Positions 33,692 to 45,845 of a stretch of 64,000 bases of DNA are shown here, piece by piece. A model generated the notes under the pieces. That model was given only the letters and a program-made list of their open reading frames with translations. It ran no database searches and was not told the DNA's origin. Source of the stretch: Cyanophora paradoxa CCMP329 (Eukaryota > Plantae > Glaucophyta); the NCBI GenBank assembly GCA_004431415.1, contig QPMI01000494.1, positions 434,001 through 498,000 of the forward strand, in the 5' to 3' direction. The first letter of the stretch is position 1; the number at the start of each line of letters is the position of its first letter. Both the position numbers and the translations under genes were made by a program.

Positions 33692-34574
33692 TTAATATCG
33701 GATGAGCCTTTTTACGAATGGGAACGAAGAACGTGAGATTAAATTGAATTCGAAGCAACACACTTTGAAGAAAGTGATCGAAGCTGGCGTCGAAGAAGCC
33801 CAAAAAGTTCGTCGCGGAGACAGCAAAGGTGTACGAGGCTCCAGCCGGAAGCGCGGCGGGCAGACTCTGAGAGTGCCGTTGCGGCTGTAGAGGCGTTGGC
33901 GATCAGCGAACGTGCCATACAAGCGCTAGCGGCTGTTCAACGGTTCGTGAAGAACGGCGTGAGCGGCGCCGGCGCTGACCTGTCCGACGGTCCCAAGCGC
34001 CTTGCAATTGGCGCTGCTTGCATCGACATATATAGAAGAGGCAGGGAGCGCGTCCGGAGCCAGTAGCCACTCTGACGAGAACCTAACGGCAATCTGATAG
34101 CCTATGAAGGAAATGAGAGACCGCACGGTCATGAGGCGCAACTTTAAAGCGCGCGCTAATACAGAATGCACACCATTAGGAAGGAATCCGGCATTGACAA
34201 CAAAAAGGCTGGCTGTTTCCGTCGGCGAGGGGCTGGGCGACGGGCTCGGGCTTGCCGTCTCCGTCGGCGAGGGGCTGGGCGACGGGCTGAGCGAGGGGCT
34301 CGGCGTCGGCACTAGCGCTTTTATTCATCAATGAGGAGCTGGTATTCATCAATGAGGAATTGGGAATATTTATAAACGGACGTGTGACTTGGAACAGATC
34401 AGATCTAGAGGCGTAGGCTGTTTGACTGATGTGACCGTCGGACTTCCCCACACAAATCGGTTGTTCGCATTCAAATTGCGACAAAATCCGGGCCCGGGGG
34501 ATGCTAGGTTCGTCTAGATCGTTATCGATATCTGGCATCGCGCACGTAGACTGAGCTCGAGCACGCGCTGGCAT
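33692..34574 (-). CDS. Possible host gene fragment with (SP)n repeats
   Basis: PSPSPSPTETAS occurs twice and is followed by coding-like exons. The structure is unresolved. Confidence 0.3.
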
Positions 34575-34884
34575 CCGAGTCGAAGCCCCTCCGGATCCCT
34601 TCGAATTCTTCCCTCTCGGATCCGGAGTCCTCCTCCCCTTGGACGGCCGGAGTACGGTCCGCAGTGACTACCGGTCCGCAATTGCTACCAGTGGCCTATT
34701 ACATATAGCTACTGGCCATGGTAACATAAGCCTCTTACTCGTGACTTGTAGCTTCGAAGTCGGGGAAAGGAGCCTCGGAGCTCGAGAGGGGGAGGGCGAG
34801 GGAAGGGAGGGGGGAAGGGGTAGTGGGGGGGGGGAGGGGGGCGGGGTAGTGGGGGGGGGGGGGGGGAACTTCGGAAGGCGAAAT

Positions 34885-36719
34885 CAGAACAGTGACAGGA
34901 GCCGGTCCCCCCCCCGCGCCCCCCCCGCGCCGGCCCCCATCCCCTCCGCCTCTGGGGATCCCTGCCTGGTGTCCTCCAGCGTCACCTTAACCTGCGTACC
35001 CCTCCCTGCTCAGGATCCGCAGCTGTACCCCCCATTGGAAACGGGCGGCGGCGAGGGTGCGGGGTACCTCGAGAACGGCCCCTCCGCGCTGTACCTGCGA
35101 CGGAAAGTTTGTAATTGGCTACCGAACATTAGGCAACCGCCGAGAATGGAACCTGCAGCGCGACAGTGTCGCCTGGCTTCCGCTTCTCCAGGGCTCCTAG
35201 GAGATCCGAGTACTTGGCGATCTGCGGGTACGCAAGAAGCTTCAGGGGGCCGGGGGGGGGGGAGGGGGGGGGGGTGAAGAGGTAGGGGCGGGGTGTCGGC
35301 GCGCCCGCTGCCCGTCGAGGGCTATGATGATGTCTCCGCGCGTGTACCTGGGGGTACAAGAAAATTAGACGGGAGGGGTATTGCGTTGACTGGGTACTGC
35401 GGGGGTACGCGCCTGGCCTCGCCGGGTAGGCGGGAGGCGGGTTTGCTGGGCACAATGCCCGCCTCGTCCGCCGGACCCCCCCTCCTTACCTGCACGGGGT
35501 ACGAGAATCAGAGGCTGCTCACTGATCTGCTCGGAAGTGCGCATGTGCACGTGATCACGTACCCCCAGGACCAGCACACCGCTGCCCTGTGGTGGAAGGT
35601 GGATGATAAGTGTGGGGTACGCTGAAAGGCGGGACAGAAGGGGTACAGCACCTTCGTCACCTGGAGCTGTACGGCAAATTCGTCCGATGCCGCCAGAATG
35701 CCCAGCCCCGCGGGGGGTACCCGGTTCCTGTCCACGAGGCCGGGAACGAGCTTCTCAATCGTCTCTGTGAGGGGGGGGGGGTACGGGGCTCGGAGGGCGC
35801 TGCACTCGGAGGGCGAGGGCGGCGCACTCTTGTTCAGCTCGATTGGGAGGAGAAGACGGGGGCGGAAGGGCAGACTCAGGCCGCCGCCTGGCGGAGGGGT
35901 ACGGGTTCACAGAAGAAAGCGAAGCAGAAGCCCGAGTGGCTCCCGGAGTCCGCGGCGCGCACCGAGGGGGACGGAGAGCGGGCGGGCTGCCGGCGCCGTC
36001 GTCGGAGAGCGAAGACTGCAAAGGACGTAAGGCGAAGCGCGCGCGCGAGAGAGAGGGACAGGGACGAAGACAGCCAACCTTGCGGATTCCAGATCTCGGA
36101 CAAGAGCGGGGTTCGAGGAGAAAGCAGCTGCGGCAGAAGCGGGATCAGCCGAGCGTGCGCTAAGAGCTTCGCTAGCGCTCTAGGAAACGAGGGGGCGAGC
36201 GCGCGCGGGCGGGCCTGCCCCTTCTTGCGGCCCGGCGAGCGCGGCCGCGGGGGCCGCCGGCGCCGCCAGAGCCAGCGCGGCCTGCAGCCCGACGACGGCG
36301 GCCGCCATTCGGAGCGCTCGGGACGCGCTTCTTCCCCGGCTCTGCACGCGGGTCTCGTGAGATTTAGATCGGTGCAGCGTAGGAGGGCGGAGCATGCGGG
36401 GGCGATCCTGGCGTACCTCGAGCTCGTCCGAGCTCATTGAGATGGTGTTCTTGCTGTGGCTGCAGCGAGCATGCGGACATCGGCCCTCCTCTTCTGCACG
36501 TGTCCCGGAGCGCCCGCTCCGGCCGCCGCCTTTCGTGAGCCGCGCCGGAGAGATGAGAGCTGAACGCGCAGGCGCTGCGCCGCCGCTGCACTCTGAGCTC
36601 CGCAGCCCCGTCGCGCACGCCTGCCAGAGCGTGCAGCTCGCCTCTCGCTCTGGGGGCCAGCCGCTGTGCAACGTGCTGAGTGTCGCCGCCGCAGCTGGCG
36701 CAGCGAAGCCGATCTGCAT
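34885..36719 (-). CDS. Deg/HtrA-like PDZ-domain protein with putative plastid/lumen targeting sequence; no protease domain seen
   Basis: Spliced exons read TIEKLVPGLVDRNRVPPAGLGILAASDEFAVQLQVTK-GSGVLVLG-VRRGGPADEAGI..-YTRGDIIIALDGQR-IAKYSDLLGALEKRKPGDTVALQ-VQRGGAVLE-VKVTL, matching the Deg1 linker plus PDZ. The N-terminus is MQIGFAAPAAAA, with a later Ala-rich hydrophobic segment. Confidence 0.75.
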
Positions 36720-38267
36720 GGCTCGGCGTGGCCGCCGAAGAGCCTGTACCCAGGCGGCTAACTTGTTCCCCCACGCCCAGCCTGGCAGCCCGCAAAGCTG
36801 TGGGAAAAAGCACGCGTGCGCGGTATAGATCACTCCGATCGCATCGAAATCGATCCCAGCCTACGCCATGTCATCGGGCAGAGGCACCGGGCGGGGACGA
36901 GGCGGCGGGCCGACCGAGCGCGGGCCATCTGGTGGGCCTGCTTCGGCGCCGAGGCGCTCAAGAGCGCGACGTCGGCGATGGGGCGAGTCCGCCATGTCCG
37001 GAAAGTGCTGAGTGTTGCCGCGCGCCGCGGCTGGAGCAGCGAAGCCGATCTGCATGGCTCGGCGTGGCCGCGAAGAGCCTGTACCCAGGCCAGAACTTGT
37101 CCCCCGAATATATAATATTAATATAGCTATAGGACGAGATCGAGCTCAAGGACGAGATCTAGATCCCCTCTGGGGATGCGTGTATAAAAGGGCCCAAGAC
37201 TGGTTCTGCGGTCATTGTATTGCCACCGTACCTGATCGGTAAATCGCCACCAGGCGTGGTCGCGCGGCAACGCGCGGCCGGGGCGAAGGTCCGTGCGCAT
37301 GCTGCACCTTATAATCCGGGGGGCGAAGGTCCAGGCGCTCTCGGCGCGCGCATTAAAATATTACGTATACGGCAGGCGCTCTCGGTGCGCGCTCAACCAC
37401 GAGCGCGCTCTCGATCACCTCACAAGGGTGCGCTTCTCCGCGTGGCCGCTGGAGCTCGCCACATCCCGCGCCACATCCCGTGGCGCCGTCTCGGGTGCGC
37501 CCTCGCGACCGACGCGCGCGCGTCCTGAAATTCCTAGAATATTAATTCGCTGACCTTTCGCACGCGCGCGCGCGCCGCGCAGGTCTCCTCCAGCTTCGCT
37601 TCCGCGCATGAGCCCGTCGAATTCGAAGCAGCGCCGCGGCAACCCTGGCGCTCCCGTAGCAGCGTGAGCTCGATCGCGAGCCTCCCCCCCGCGCGTGCAT
37701 TAGTATTCCCGTGCGCGCGCGTAATATTCCTGACCTCGTCGCGCGCGCGCGCGCCCGAATTCGCAGCTCGGGCCATACTCAGCAGCGCTTCGAGTTCAGC
37801 AGCGCGCCACCTCCCGTGGCGCCGTCACGGGTGCGAAGCTTGTCTCGATCTCGAGATCAAATCCTGCCCGTGCGCGTGACCTGACCTCGCGCGCGCGCCG
37901 CGCGCCGCCGTGCGCAGGCTCCCCCCCGCGGGCACCTTCCGCCCGCGGCGGGCCGTCGCCTCCCGATCCACCGGTGCTGCAATCTTCGGCACTCCACCTA
38001 GGTGCCGGGGGGGGCGTACTCCCTCCCTCAAGGGGGCCTTTCCGTGCTCGGCCGACCGAAGCTGCTCCGGCGGTGGATGGCGGGCTGGGCGCCCCTCGTG
38101 GTCCAATCCCACGAACTGGAGCCCCAAAGTTGAGATACGTCTAGCTTGTAGGCGTTCTGTCTGCAGCCTGCATGTTTCTCGAAGTACATGTCCGGTCCGC
38201 GCGCATCGACACGCGGCGGCCTCTGCTCGGGCTCCGAGGCTCGAGCTCTGACTGGGCCGGCCGCCGG

Positions 38268-38778
38268 TTGGAAACGCGGAGAACCTGGCGGAGAATTCAA
38301 CGCATTAACCAGACGCCGACCAGATCTCACCCTAGGCCTCGAAATGATCTCTTTCGGTATCAAACCGGTGAGCGAATGCGGCGTGACGCTCCCTTAGCCG
38401 AGCGGCCCCGGCGGCACGTTCGCCTGCGGCTCGAGCGCATTCGAATTCTGCAGTGGGAGGACGGCGCGGACGAGGCGATGCGCTCGATCGAACGGGACCG
38501 TGAATTGAACGCGCGTGAAAGCTATAGCTACCGAGAGCGGGGTGGTTCAGGTTCGCCATAGAGCGCGGCGCCGGCGCCTGCCGTCTGCAGCACCTCCCCT
38601 AATCCCATAACGGCAGAACCGAAGGTGTGAAGCCGGTGCGCGCTCTGTTTCTTTCGCCCCGGGACCTCTCGCCCCTCTCTGAATGGGACGGCGGGCCTTG
38701 TGCGTCGGGGCTGCAGTCGGACGCTGGCTCTGGCTCCACGCTGCGGGAGATCGAGAGCTGCCTGGAACCCGAGCCCGG
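38268..38778 (+). repeat. 511-bp direct duplication, copy 1 (copy 2 at 40644-41154)
   Basis: The two copies look identical by eye, from TTGGAAACGCGG to GAGCCCGG. Confidence 0.95.
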
Positions 38779-38781
38779 TTG

Positions 38782-40643
38782 CACAGCGATTTAGGGGGGG
38801 GGGTACTGCTGAGTACATTAGTTTGTATGGCGAGGTGGGGACCCCCCCAGCCCAAATTGCTGAGTAACACCCGGCAACCGGCGGAGAGCATCCGACCGCC
38901 CGGGCGCCGCGCTTGCAAGCTAGACGTGCGTAGCTACGGCCAGCTACTAGATTTCCAGCGGTCCGGTCAACGGGGGCGCCCTGGTTCGGAAGATCGACTC
39001 GTAGCTAGTGCGGGCCGGCCGGGCCATCGCGGAGGCGCGCCGTGGCCAGCTCACCGCATCGTTAGTTCGTCTGGCATGTCGTAGACGAGAGGGCGCGCCC
39101 CGCCGAGCTAGCTGTGGTCCGATGGAAGGTAGGCGCGGCGCACTGCGAACGTAGGAGCGCAGGAAGCTGACCGCTGGCATCGCAGAGCCGACGCAGGACG
39201 TCGCGAACGGAATGAGCATCTGATGAGCATCTGCTGATGCGCTGGGCTGGTCCCCGCGCGACCGGCCTGACCGACGCCCCGCCAGGAGGCCGCGCACCAG
39301 CCGCGCGTCTCGCCGGCCGAGCGCAGGTGCAGCCTCGCCTTCCGAATGAGCTTTAGCTAAGCTGACAGTGATGAACGACGCTCGCAGCGCGCGCGGGACG
39401 CCGATCCTGGGCCGCCCGCTCTTGGTGGCGGTTGCCGCCCGCGGGCGCGACCTTTTGCATCCTTTCCTTAGCTCGTTTTTGATGTTATCTACATGCAGGC
39501 ATTGCGTGCGCATGGTGTGGCGCTTCGAGGCGGGCGTTCTTGACCGAGATCGCCTTCTGGTCCCCCTTCTTGGCCAGACCTTGCTTCTCCCCGTCGCTCT
39601 CCGCGTCTCCCTTTGATAGCGCGTCGTCTAGATTGTTATGTACGATGAATCTATGCGTTTTCCCGCCGCCGCGCCCGCCCCCCCTCTCCAGGGTTGGGTG
39701 CCACCACTGCACCACTCTAGCAGAGGCGCCCTGCACGCCCAGCACGCCCCGCGGCACAGAAAATGAATGACAACGATGTAAATTACATAGAAGTACATCG
39801 GAGCACGATCCAACGCGTCCGGGAAGCGCGGGCAAGGGGTCCGAGCCTGACCCCATGTCCTTGCCACCACCACCGCCAGCCTCCGAACGCAGCACGGCGC
39901 CCTGCACATCGTGCGCGCGATGCGCATCATAGTTAGCCTTGCGTAGGAGCACAGCTGGCGCGGGGGTTCTGCCGGGATGCGCACCGGGAGCGACCAGCAC
40001 CGCAGCAGTGACGGACACCAAGCCAGACCGCGCGGCGGACTCGCCCAATGGCCCCGGCGTAAGCTGTTGACACAGACGATGCCGCCAGTGCGCTGCGGGC
40101 GTCGGGCGAGGTCGCGGTTGGTCGCCGGCAGGCGAGCGGGCGGGTGCAGCGGGCGGACCTCATCATCGTGCGAAGGCGAGCACGCCGACCATCTCCGAAC
40201 ACTTCCAGCATCTTATAATCCTGTTTGAAGCACGTTAGGCTCGCGCAGCTAGAGCGCCCGGGTCGCCGCACCTTCCAGAGCACACCGCCTGGCGGGCGGG
40301 CGGCGCGGTTGCACTGTATCGGCGCAGATGATGTTTATATGACCTGTGCGTACGATCTGATACGCTAGCTGGTCGGCTGGCGAGCTCCTACGGCATCGGA
40401 CCTTCGCCAGCCGCGCGGCGAAGTCAGGCAGTGCCACCACGGCCACGGGGGAACGGCCACGACCTCTAGGTAGAGCTCGACGAGCTAGGAGGCTGGTGCA
40501 AGCCGCTCGTAGCGCGCTCTGTCAGATTTCGAGATCCTCTGTCGCAAAGTTCGGCCTCAGTGCCATACCCCCGGCACACTCAGTCCCGGGCTTGCCATAC
40601 AAACCTAATGTACTGGGAGGTACCCCCCCCCTAAATCGCTGTG
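38782..40643. mobile_element. 1.86-kb CACTA/EnSpm-like non-autonomous DNA transposon
   Basis: TIRs CACAGCGATTTAGGGGGGGG..TTTGTATGGC and GCCATACAAA..CCCCCCCCTAAATCGCTGTG, with a 3-bp TSD TTG (38779-38781, 40644-40646). No transposase motif was recognised. Confidence 0.85.
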
Positions 40644-41002
40644 TTGGAAACGCGGAGAACCTGGCGGAGAATTCAACGCATTAACCAGACGCCGACCAGA
40701 TCTCACCCTAGGCCTCGAAATGATCTCTTTCGGTATCAAACCGGTGAGCGAATGCGGCGTGACGCTCCCTTAGCCGAGCGGCCCCGGCGGCACGTTCGCC
40801 TGCGGCTCGAGCGCATTCGAATTCTGCAGTGGGAGGACGGCGCGGACGAGGCGATGCGCTCGATCGAACGGGACCGTGAATTGAACGCGCGTGAAAGCTA
40901 TAGCTACCGAGAGCGGGGTGGTTCAGGTTCGCCATAGAGCGCGGCGCCGGCGCCTGCCGTCTGCAGCACCTCCCCTAATCCCATAACGGCAGAACCGAAG
41001 GT

Positions 41003-42079
41003 GTGAAGCCGGTGCGCGCTCTGTTTCTTTCGCCCCGGGACCTCTCGCCCCTCTCTGAATGGGACGGCGGGCCTTGTGCGTCGGGGCTGCAGTCGGACGC
41101 TGGCTCTGGCTCCACGCTGCGGGAGATCGAGAGCTGCCTGGAACCCGAGCCCGGCCGCCAAGGCTCCGGCGCCCCAAACGCAAGTTCAGCCCCCGCGGCC
41201 GGCCAGCCTCAGGCTCTGGCGGCGAATTCGTCGCGGGGGCGCGGACGGGGGCGCGGACGGGGGCGCGGGCGCGGGCGCGGGCGAGGGCGTGGGTACGGAT
41301 CCGGCGGCGGATCCGGCGGCGGGTTCGGCGACGGGTTCGGCGACGGATTCGACGCCCGAAGTTCAGTCCCGCGGCCGGCCAGGCACCGGCCAGCTGCAGC
41401 GGCACGTTCGCCTCAGCTGCAGCCTGGACCCCCGCCGCCTCAGCCTCAGGCGGCGAATTCGACGCGGGGGCGCGGGCGGGGACGCGGGCGGGGTCGACGC
41501 GGGCGGGGTCGCGGGCGCGGGCGTGGGCGTGGGTACGGATCCGGCGGCGGATTCGGGGGCGGGTACGGCTGTGTTTTCGGGGGTGGGTACGGCGGCGGAT
41601 TCGGGGGCGGGTACGGCTCCGACGTAGATGACTTCGAATTCGGCATGAGTCGTGGTGCGCCCGGCCCTCCATGTTCCCCCTCCCCCCCCGCCCCCCTCTT
41701 CGCCCCCCCCCCCCCAACCCCCTCCCCTTGCCCCTTCTTCTCGCCCCCCCCCCCCCCCCTCCCCTCCCCGCCCCCCTCTTCGCCCCCGGCCCCCCTCCCT
41801 TCCCCTCCGACCCATATGAGCCCCTTACCGTACCGTCTCTCCGCCCCTCCCTCTTCTCGCCCCCCCCCCCTCCCCCCCGGCCAACCCGCCCCCCTCCGCC
41901 CCTCCCCCCCCTTCCCCCTCCGACCCATGAGAGCCCCTGACCGCCCGCCCGCCCCTCCCCCGCCCCCCCCCCCCCCCCCCCTAGAGGATCTGAACGAGCT
42001 GCTGAGCCAGGGGGTAAAGCCCTGGGACGAGGACGCCCACGCCGTCCTCGCCGTCCTCCGAGGCGACGGGTACTACTAG
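41003..42079 (+). CDS. 3' part of a host gene for an RG/GYGG-rich protein with C-terminal ELLxQGVKPWDED motif
   Basis: Two (RG)n-GYGSGGG blocks (an internal duplication) and a terminal exon DLNELLSQGVKPWDEDAHAVLAVLRGDGYY*. The C-run region 41660-41984 is probably intron. Confidence 0.6.
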   Translation: MKPVRALFLSPRDLSPLSEWDGGPCASGLQSDAGSGSTLREIESCLEPEPGRQGSGAPNASSAPAAGQPQALAANSSRGRGRGRGRGRGRGRGRGRGYGSGGGSGGGFGDGFGDGFDARSSVPRPARHRPAAAARSPQLQPGPPPPQPQAANSTRGRGRGRGRGRRGRGRGRGRGRGYGSGGGFGGGYGCVFGGGYGGGFGGGYGSDVDDFEFGMSRGAPGPPCSPSPPAPLFAPPPPTPSPCPFFSPPPPPLPSPPPSSPPAPLPSPPTHMSPLPYRLSAPPSSRPPPLPPGQPAPLRPSPPFPLRPMRAPDRPPAPPPPPPPPPLEDLNELLSQGVKPWDEDAHAVLAVLRGDGYY

Positions 42080-45000
42080 CTAGCTAGCCTCCCCTTTCGT
42101 CGCAGCTGTAGCTGTAGCTGGCTTCATCGGTTTCTAGGTTTGCTCTCGACCTTAGGTCCCGCTACATACAGCTATAGGGCGTGCTGCGTCTTCGGTCTAT
42201 TCGTTTGTGTTTCGTGCTCCTCCCGATCGCGAGTCCCGCATTGTTTCCCTTCAATTTCGTTTTATGGCCGCGACCTCTTCTTCACCATTCAATTCATTTA
42301 GGCCATTCATTCGGCTGGGGACGGGGCGGGCGTGCATGGGTGGCGCTGGACGGCTAGGTCACCGGGTTGAGGCGGGGCGCGGCGGGCGGAGGGCGCGGAG
42401 GCGGGGCTGGCCGATCGGGAGGCCCGCCAGCCTGGCAGCTCTGCCCGGTCGCGCCTCGCCCCGCCGCCCCGCCCCGCCTTGCCCTGCTGCTTGAGGCTGA
42501 CCCCCTCGGCCGCCGCCTCCTCCGCCACCGTACCCTCGCCCGCCTCGCCCTCGTCCATGTACCCGGGCCCCGCCCCGCACCCCCCCCCCGCCCCCCCCCT
42601 ACGCCGCCTCCCTCGAGGTGCTCCTCGCGTGGACCACCCGCGCCGCCCTCGCCGCCCCGCGGAGGCCCCCGGGCCGGGGGCGGCCCCTCGACGCCTCCGG
42701 GATTCGATGCGACCCGCGCCCTCGGCGCCGCCCGCCTCCTCGCCGCCCTCCTTGCCCGCCCCGCGGATTGTGAGGCACCGGCCGGCGCCGGCGACGCCCG
42801 CCGGCGACGCCCCCGCCCCGGGCCCTGCGCGCCGCTCGCGACGCCCCCGGGCCCCGGCCCCGCGCGGATGCGCCCTCGCGGCGGGCGGCGCTGCGGGCGC
42901 CAGCGGAGCCCGGCGGCCGGGCGTCCTATATATAGCTAGCGCCTCGAGCCCTTCCCCGAGTCAGGGACCGTCTTCGAATTTTGTGGATCCACGCCGCCGG
43001 CCGCTGGGCCCCTCGGGCCGGCGGCGTGAACCCGGGCCCACACAAATTCGAAGACAGTCCCGCGTGCACGTGCGCCCCTCGGCCCGCCTCCGCCCCCGCC
43101 CCGCCCCGCCCCGCCGACCCGCCGGCAGCGGAGCTCGAGGCGCCGCCGGCCCCGACTTCCTATCGGTCCCAGCCTGGCAGCCTGGCAGCCCCGACTTCCT
43201 ATCGGCGCTCAGCCCGCCCCGCCCCGGTGCCCGAGGAGCGGGCCGCCCTAGGCCTGCAGCGCGCCCTCGCTACTGAGTCGCCAGCGCCTCGGAGCGGCAC
43301 CTCTCGCGGCTCCTCAACGCCTCCTGTCCGCCGCGCCCCGCGCCCCTCCCCCGCCCGGCCCTCCCCGGCCCGGGGCGCGGATATTAGGGGCGCAGTATAT
43401 ACTAGTATCCGATGATCGATATCAGAGTACGTATACTAGTAGCCTGCAGCTGGTACCCATTGACAGGTAATTGGCATACGAGTAATGTCGCAGCTATAGA
43501 TGAAGCTTGCAGTGTATTGGTTAACTCCAGTTAAAAAAACGAAAACGTTTCACGAACCGGTGTATCGTCGATCGTTCCGACTCTTTTGTTTCTAAATTTC
43601 CGAGCCGGCGGCGCCGGCGACACCTCTCAAGAGCCAGAAAGGAGAAAAAGCTCGTTTTTTCCCTGATTCGACTGAGTCGAGTCCCTCGACTCGACCCATG
43701 GCCGCCGGGCCAGAGTGCAGCGGTGCCAGCGGCAAACAATTAAAGCGTTTCAAGTTTTCTGCCGCAGTGTTGTGAAAACGCATTAATTCGGTGCCGCATT
43801 AATATCAATTTGTTTTTGGTGAATTACCGGCCACAGCTGCAGTCTCTAGACACCAGCACTGCGGGGGCTGCCTATATAGCTAGGGGGCATATACAGCAAG
43901 AAGTACGTATACGACTGAAGCAAGAAAACAAACGCAAGAGCACTAAAAGCAACAAGACAAATTAAAGAGCCAGTCTTTGCTTAGATTTGCTAACACTTTT
44001 TGTATGGGCTGTACCCCATGGCCCAAAGTGATGAAAACGCGCTAATTTGGTGCCGCGCTAAAGCGCCTATCGGGCCAGTATCGGCGCACAAATTTTAGAA
44101 CGTGGTATTATGTGGCGCGGTAATTAAGTATTACACGGTAGTAGTGACGGTTGTAGCAAACTTGTAGGCTTAAAAAAAAGCTTGTAGCCTCAGCCTCGAG
44201 CTCAGGAGTCAGGACTCAGGAGTCAGTACTGCGGCATAGTGCTGGGTTCAGTCAGGCTCCACCCCTGACCCAGTCGCTCAGCCCCCCTGACTGTGACTGA
44301 ATCAGTCAACCTGAGGCTCAGTCAGGCTACCGTCCAAAAACTGAGGAAAATGACCCGGAAATGACCCAGATGCGATCCATCTAAGTTGCCAAGCACAGTG
44401 CGCGGGCAGTAGGGAGTGATTAGGCTAGCAAAGCTTAAGAACACTGATGAAAGGCCCTTGAAGGAATTCGGCCCCCCGGGCCCGTCAGCCTCGTTAGCGC
44501 GGGCGGTTTCGTTCAGATTTCGTTGTTTTTCTGGAGGTAAGACGACAGAAGATCCTTTTTAGGTCGATCCACGTCGAGCTTCGCTCGCTTGCAGGTAGAC
44601 CCCACCAATTGCGCGACCTCCCCCACTACCATTCTCAGTAAGCCCATTATCCATTTTCAAATTTCTCAGTAAGGCTCAGTAACAAATTATAAATTAGCAC
44701 TGTATTTTTCAAACATCTAACCCTTCCTTACTGAAACCAATCGCGAAACCCTTTCATTCTTCATTTTTCTAATCTCTTACCATTCCCAGTAAGCCCTTAA
44801 ACCCTCCCTCGATTTCTCAGTAAGGACAGTAAGACCCCTATTTTTACGAAATGTTCCCGATCGTTTCCAAACTGTTTTCAGTTAGCAAATTGAAAAATAA
44901 AGGTGACCCCCACCGATAGCCTTAATTCGGGTTAATAAAATACGAAATCAAGGTGAACCCCACCGATAGAGTATGATGAGTGCGCAAGTTTGTCCTGCCG

Positions 45001-45350
45001 AAAATGCCCACCTGCACAAACTTGCGCACTCCACAGACGATAGACCACGTTAAAATACCCAGGAACCACTCGCGCCCCGCCCACTATGCAAGATACATGC
45101 ACACTACATGCGAGTTCTATGAAAACAATAACGATTTAGTCATGTATATATTTCGTATATATGTCCGAACCTCCGTGTGTGCGATCCCGCGCAACTTTGA
45201 AATTTTTAGTTTTTTGTTTTTTTTCGCATATGACGACATATACATATATATACCGGCGTCACCGACATATTCGGGGTCATCACATCGCGGCGATTCCGAA
45301 AACATATAGCATGCGATAGCGTAGTATTTTAACGTGGTCTGATCGGAATG

Positions 45351-45643
45351 TGATAAATCAGCTGATAGGGCTGATCGTAGTGTGATAAATCAGCTGATCG
45401 CCATCTGATAAATCAGCTGATAGGGCTGATCGTAGTGTGATAAATCAGCTGATAGGGCTGATCGTAGTGTGATAAATCAGCTGATCGCCATCTGATAAAT
45501 CAGCTGATAGGGCTGATCGTAGTGTGATAAATCAGCTGATCGCCATCTGATAAATCAGCTGATAGGGCTGATCGTAGTGTGATAAATCAGCTGATAGGGC
45601 TGATCGTAGTGTGATAAATCAGCTGATCGCCATCTGATAAATC
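45351..45643. repeat. Tandem array of core TGATAAATCAGCTGAT in 32-bp (A) and 23-bp (B) units, order ABAAB-ABAAB
   Basis: Units were parsed directly from the sequence. The core contains the palindrome ATCAGCTGAT, and the higher-order period is 142 bp. Confidence 0.95.
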
Positions 45644-45661
45644 GTGATGTGATCGCAGGGA

Positions 45662-45845
45662 GATAGTATAGCGGGATAGTATAACCCCAGGGGTGATAGT
45701 ATAGCCGGATAGTATAACCACGGGCGATAGTATAGCGGGATAGTATAACCCCAGGGGCGATAGTATAGCCGGATAGTATAACCCCGGGCGATAGTATAGC
45801 GGGATAGTATAACCCCATAGCCGGATCCGGATAGTATATAGTATC
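45662..45845. repeat. Tandem array of GATAGTATA-core units (~31-33 bp, five units plus remnant)
   Basis: GATAGTATAGC(G/C)GGATAGTATAACC.. is repeated with alternating variants. Confidence 0.92.

Noticed and set aside
38947-40446. Transposase within the CACTA-like element
   Set aside because: No recognisable TnpD/DDE motifs in any frame, and the element is too short to be autonomous.
44140-44150. AGTAGT as a Polinton-type left terminus of EVE2
   Set aside because: It overlaps the TA at a MITE end and is followed by ~450 bp of host-like low-complexity and MITE-like sequence. It cannot be verified without the right end.
44908-44968. CCCACCGAT shared between the EVE2 terminal region and the EVE1 inner TIR
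   Set aside because: Only 9 bp with no flanking similarity, which is compatible with chance.
45351-45845. CRISPR-like appearance of the repeat arrays
   Set aside because: The spacers are only two recurring sequences rather than unique ones, there are no cas genes, and the context is a eukaryotic virus.
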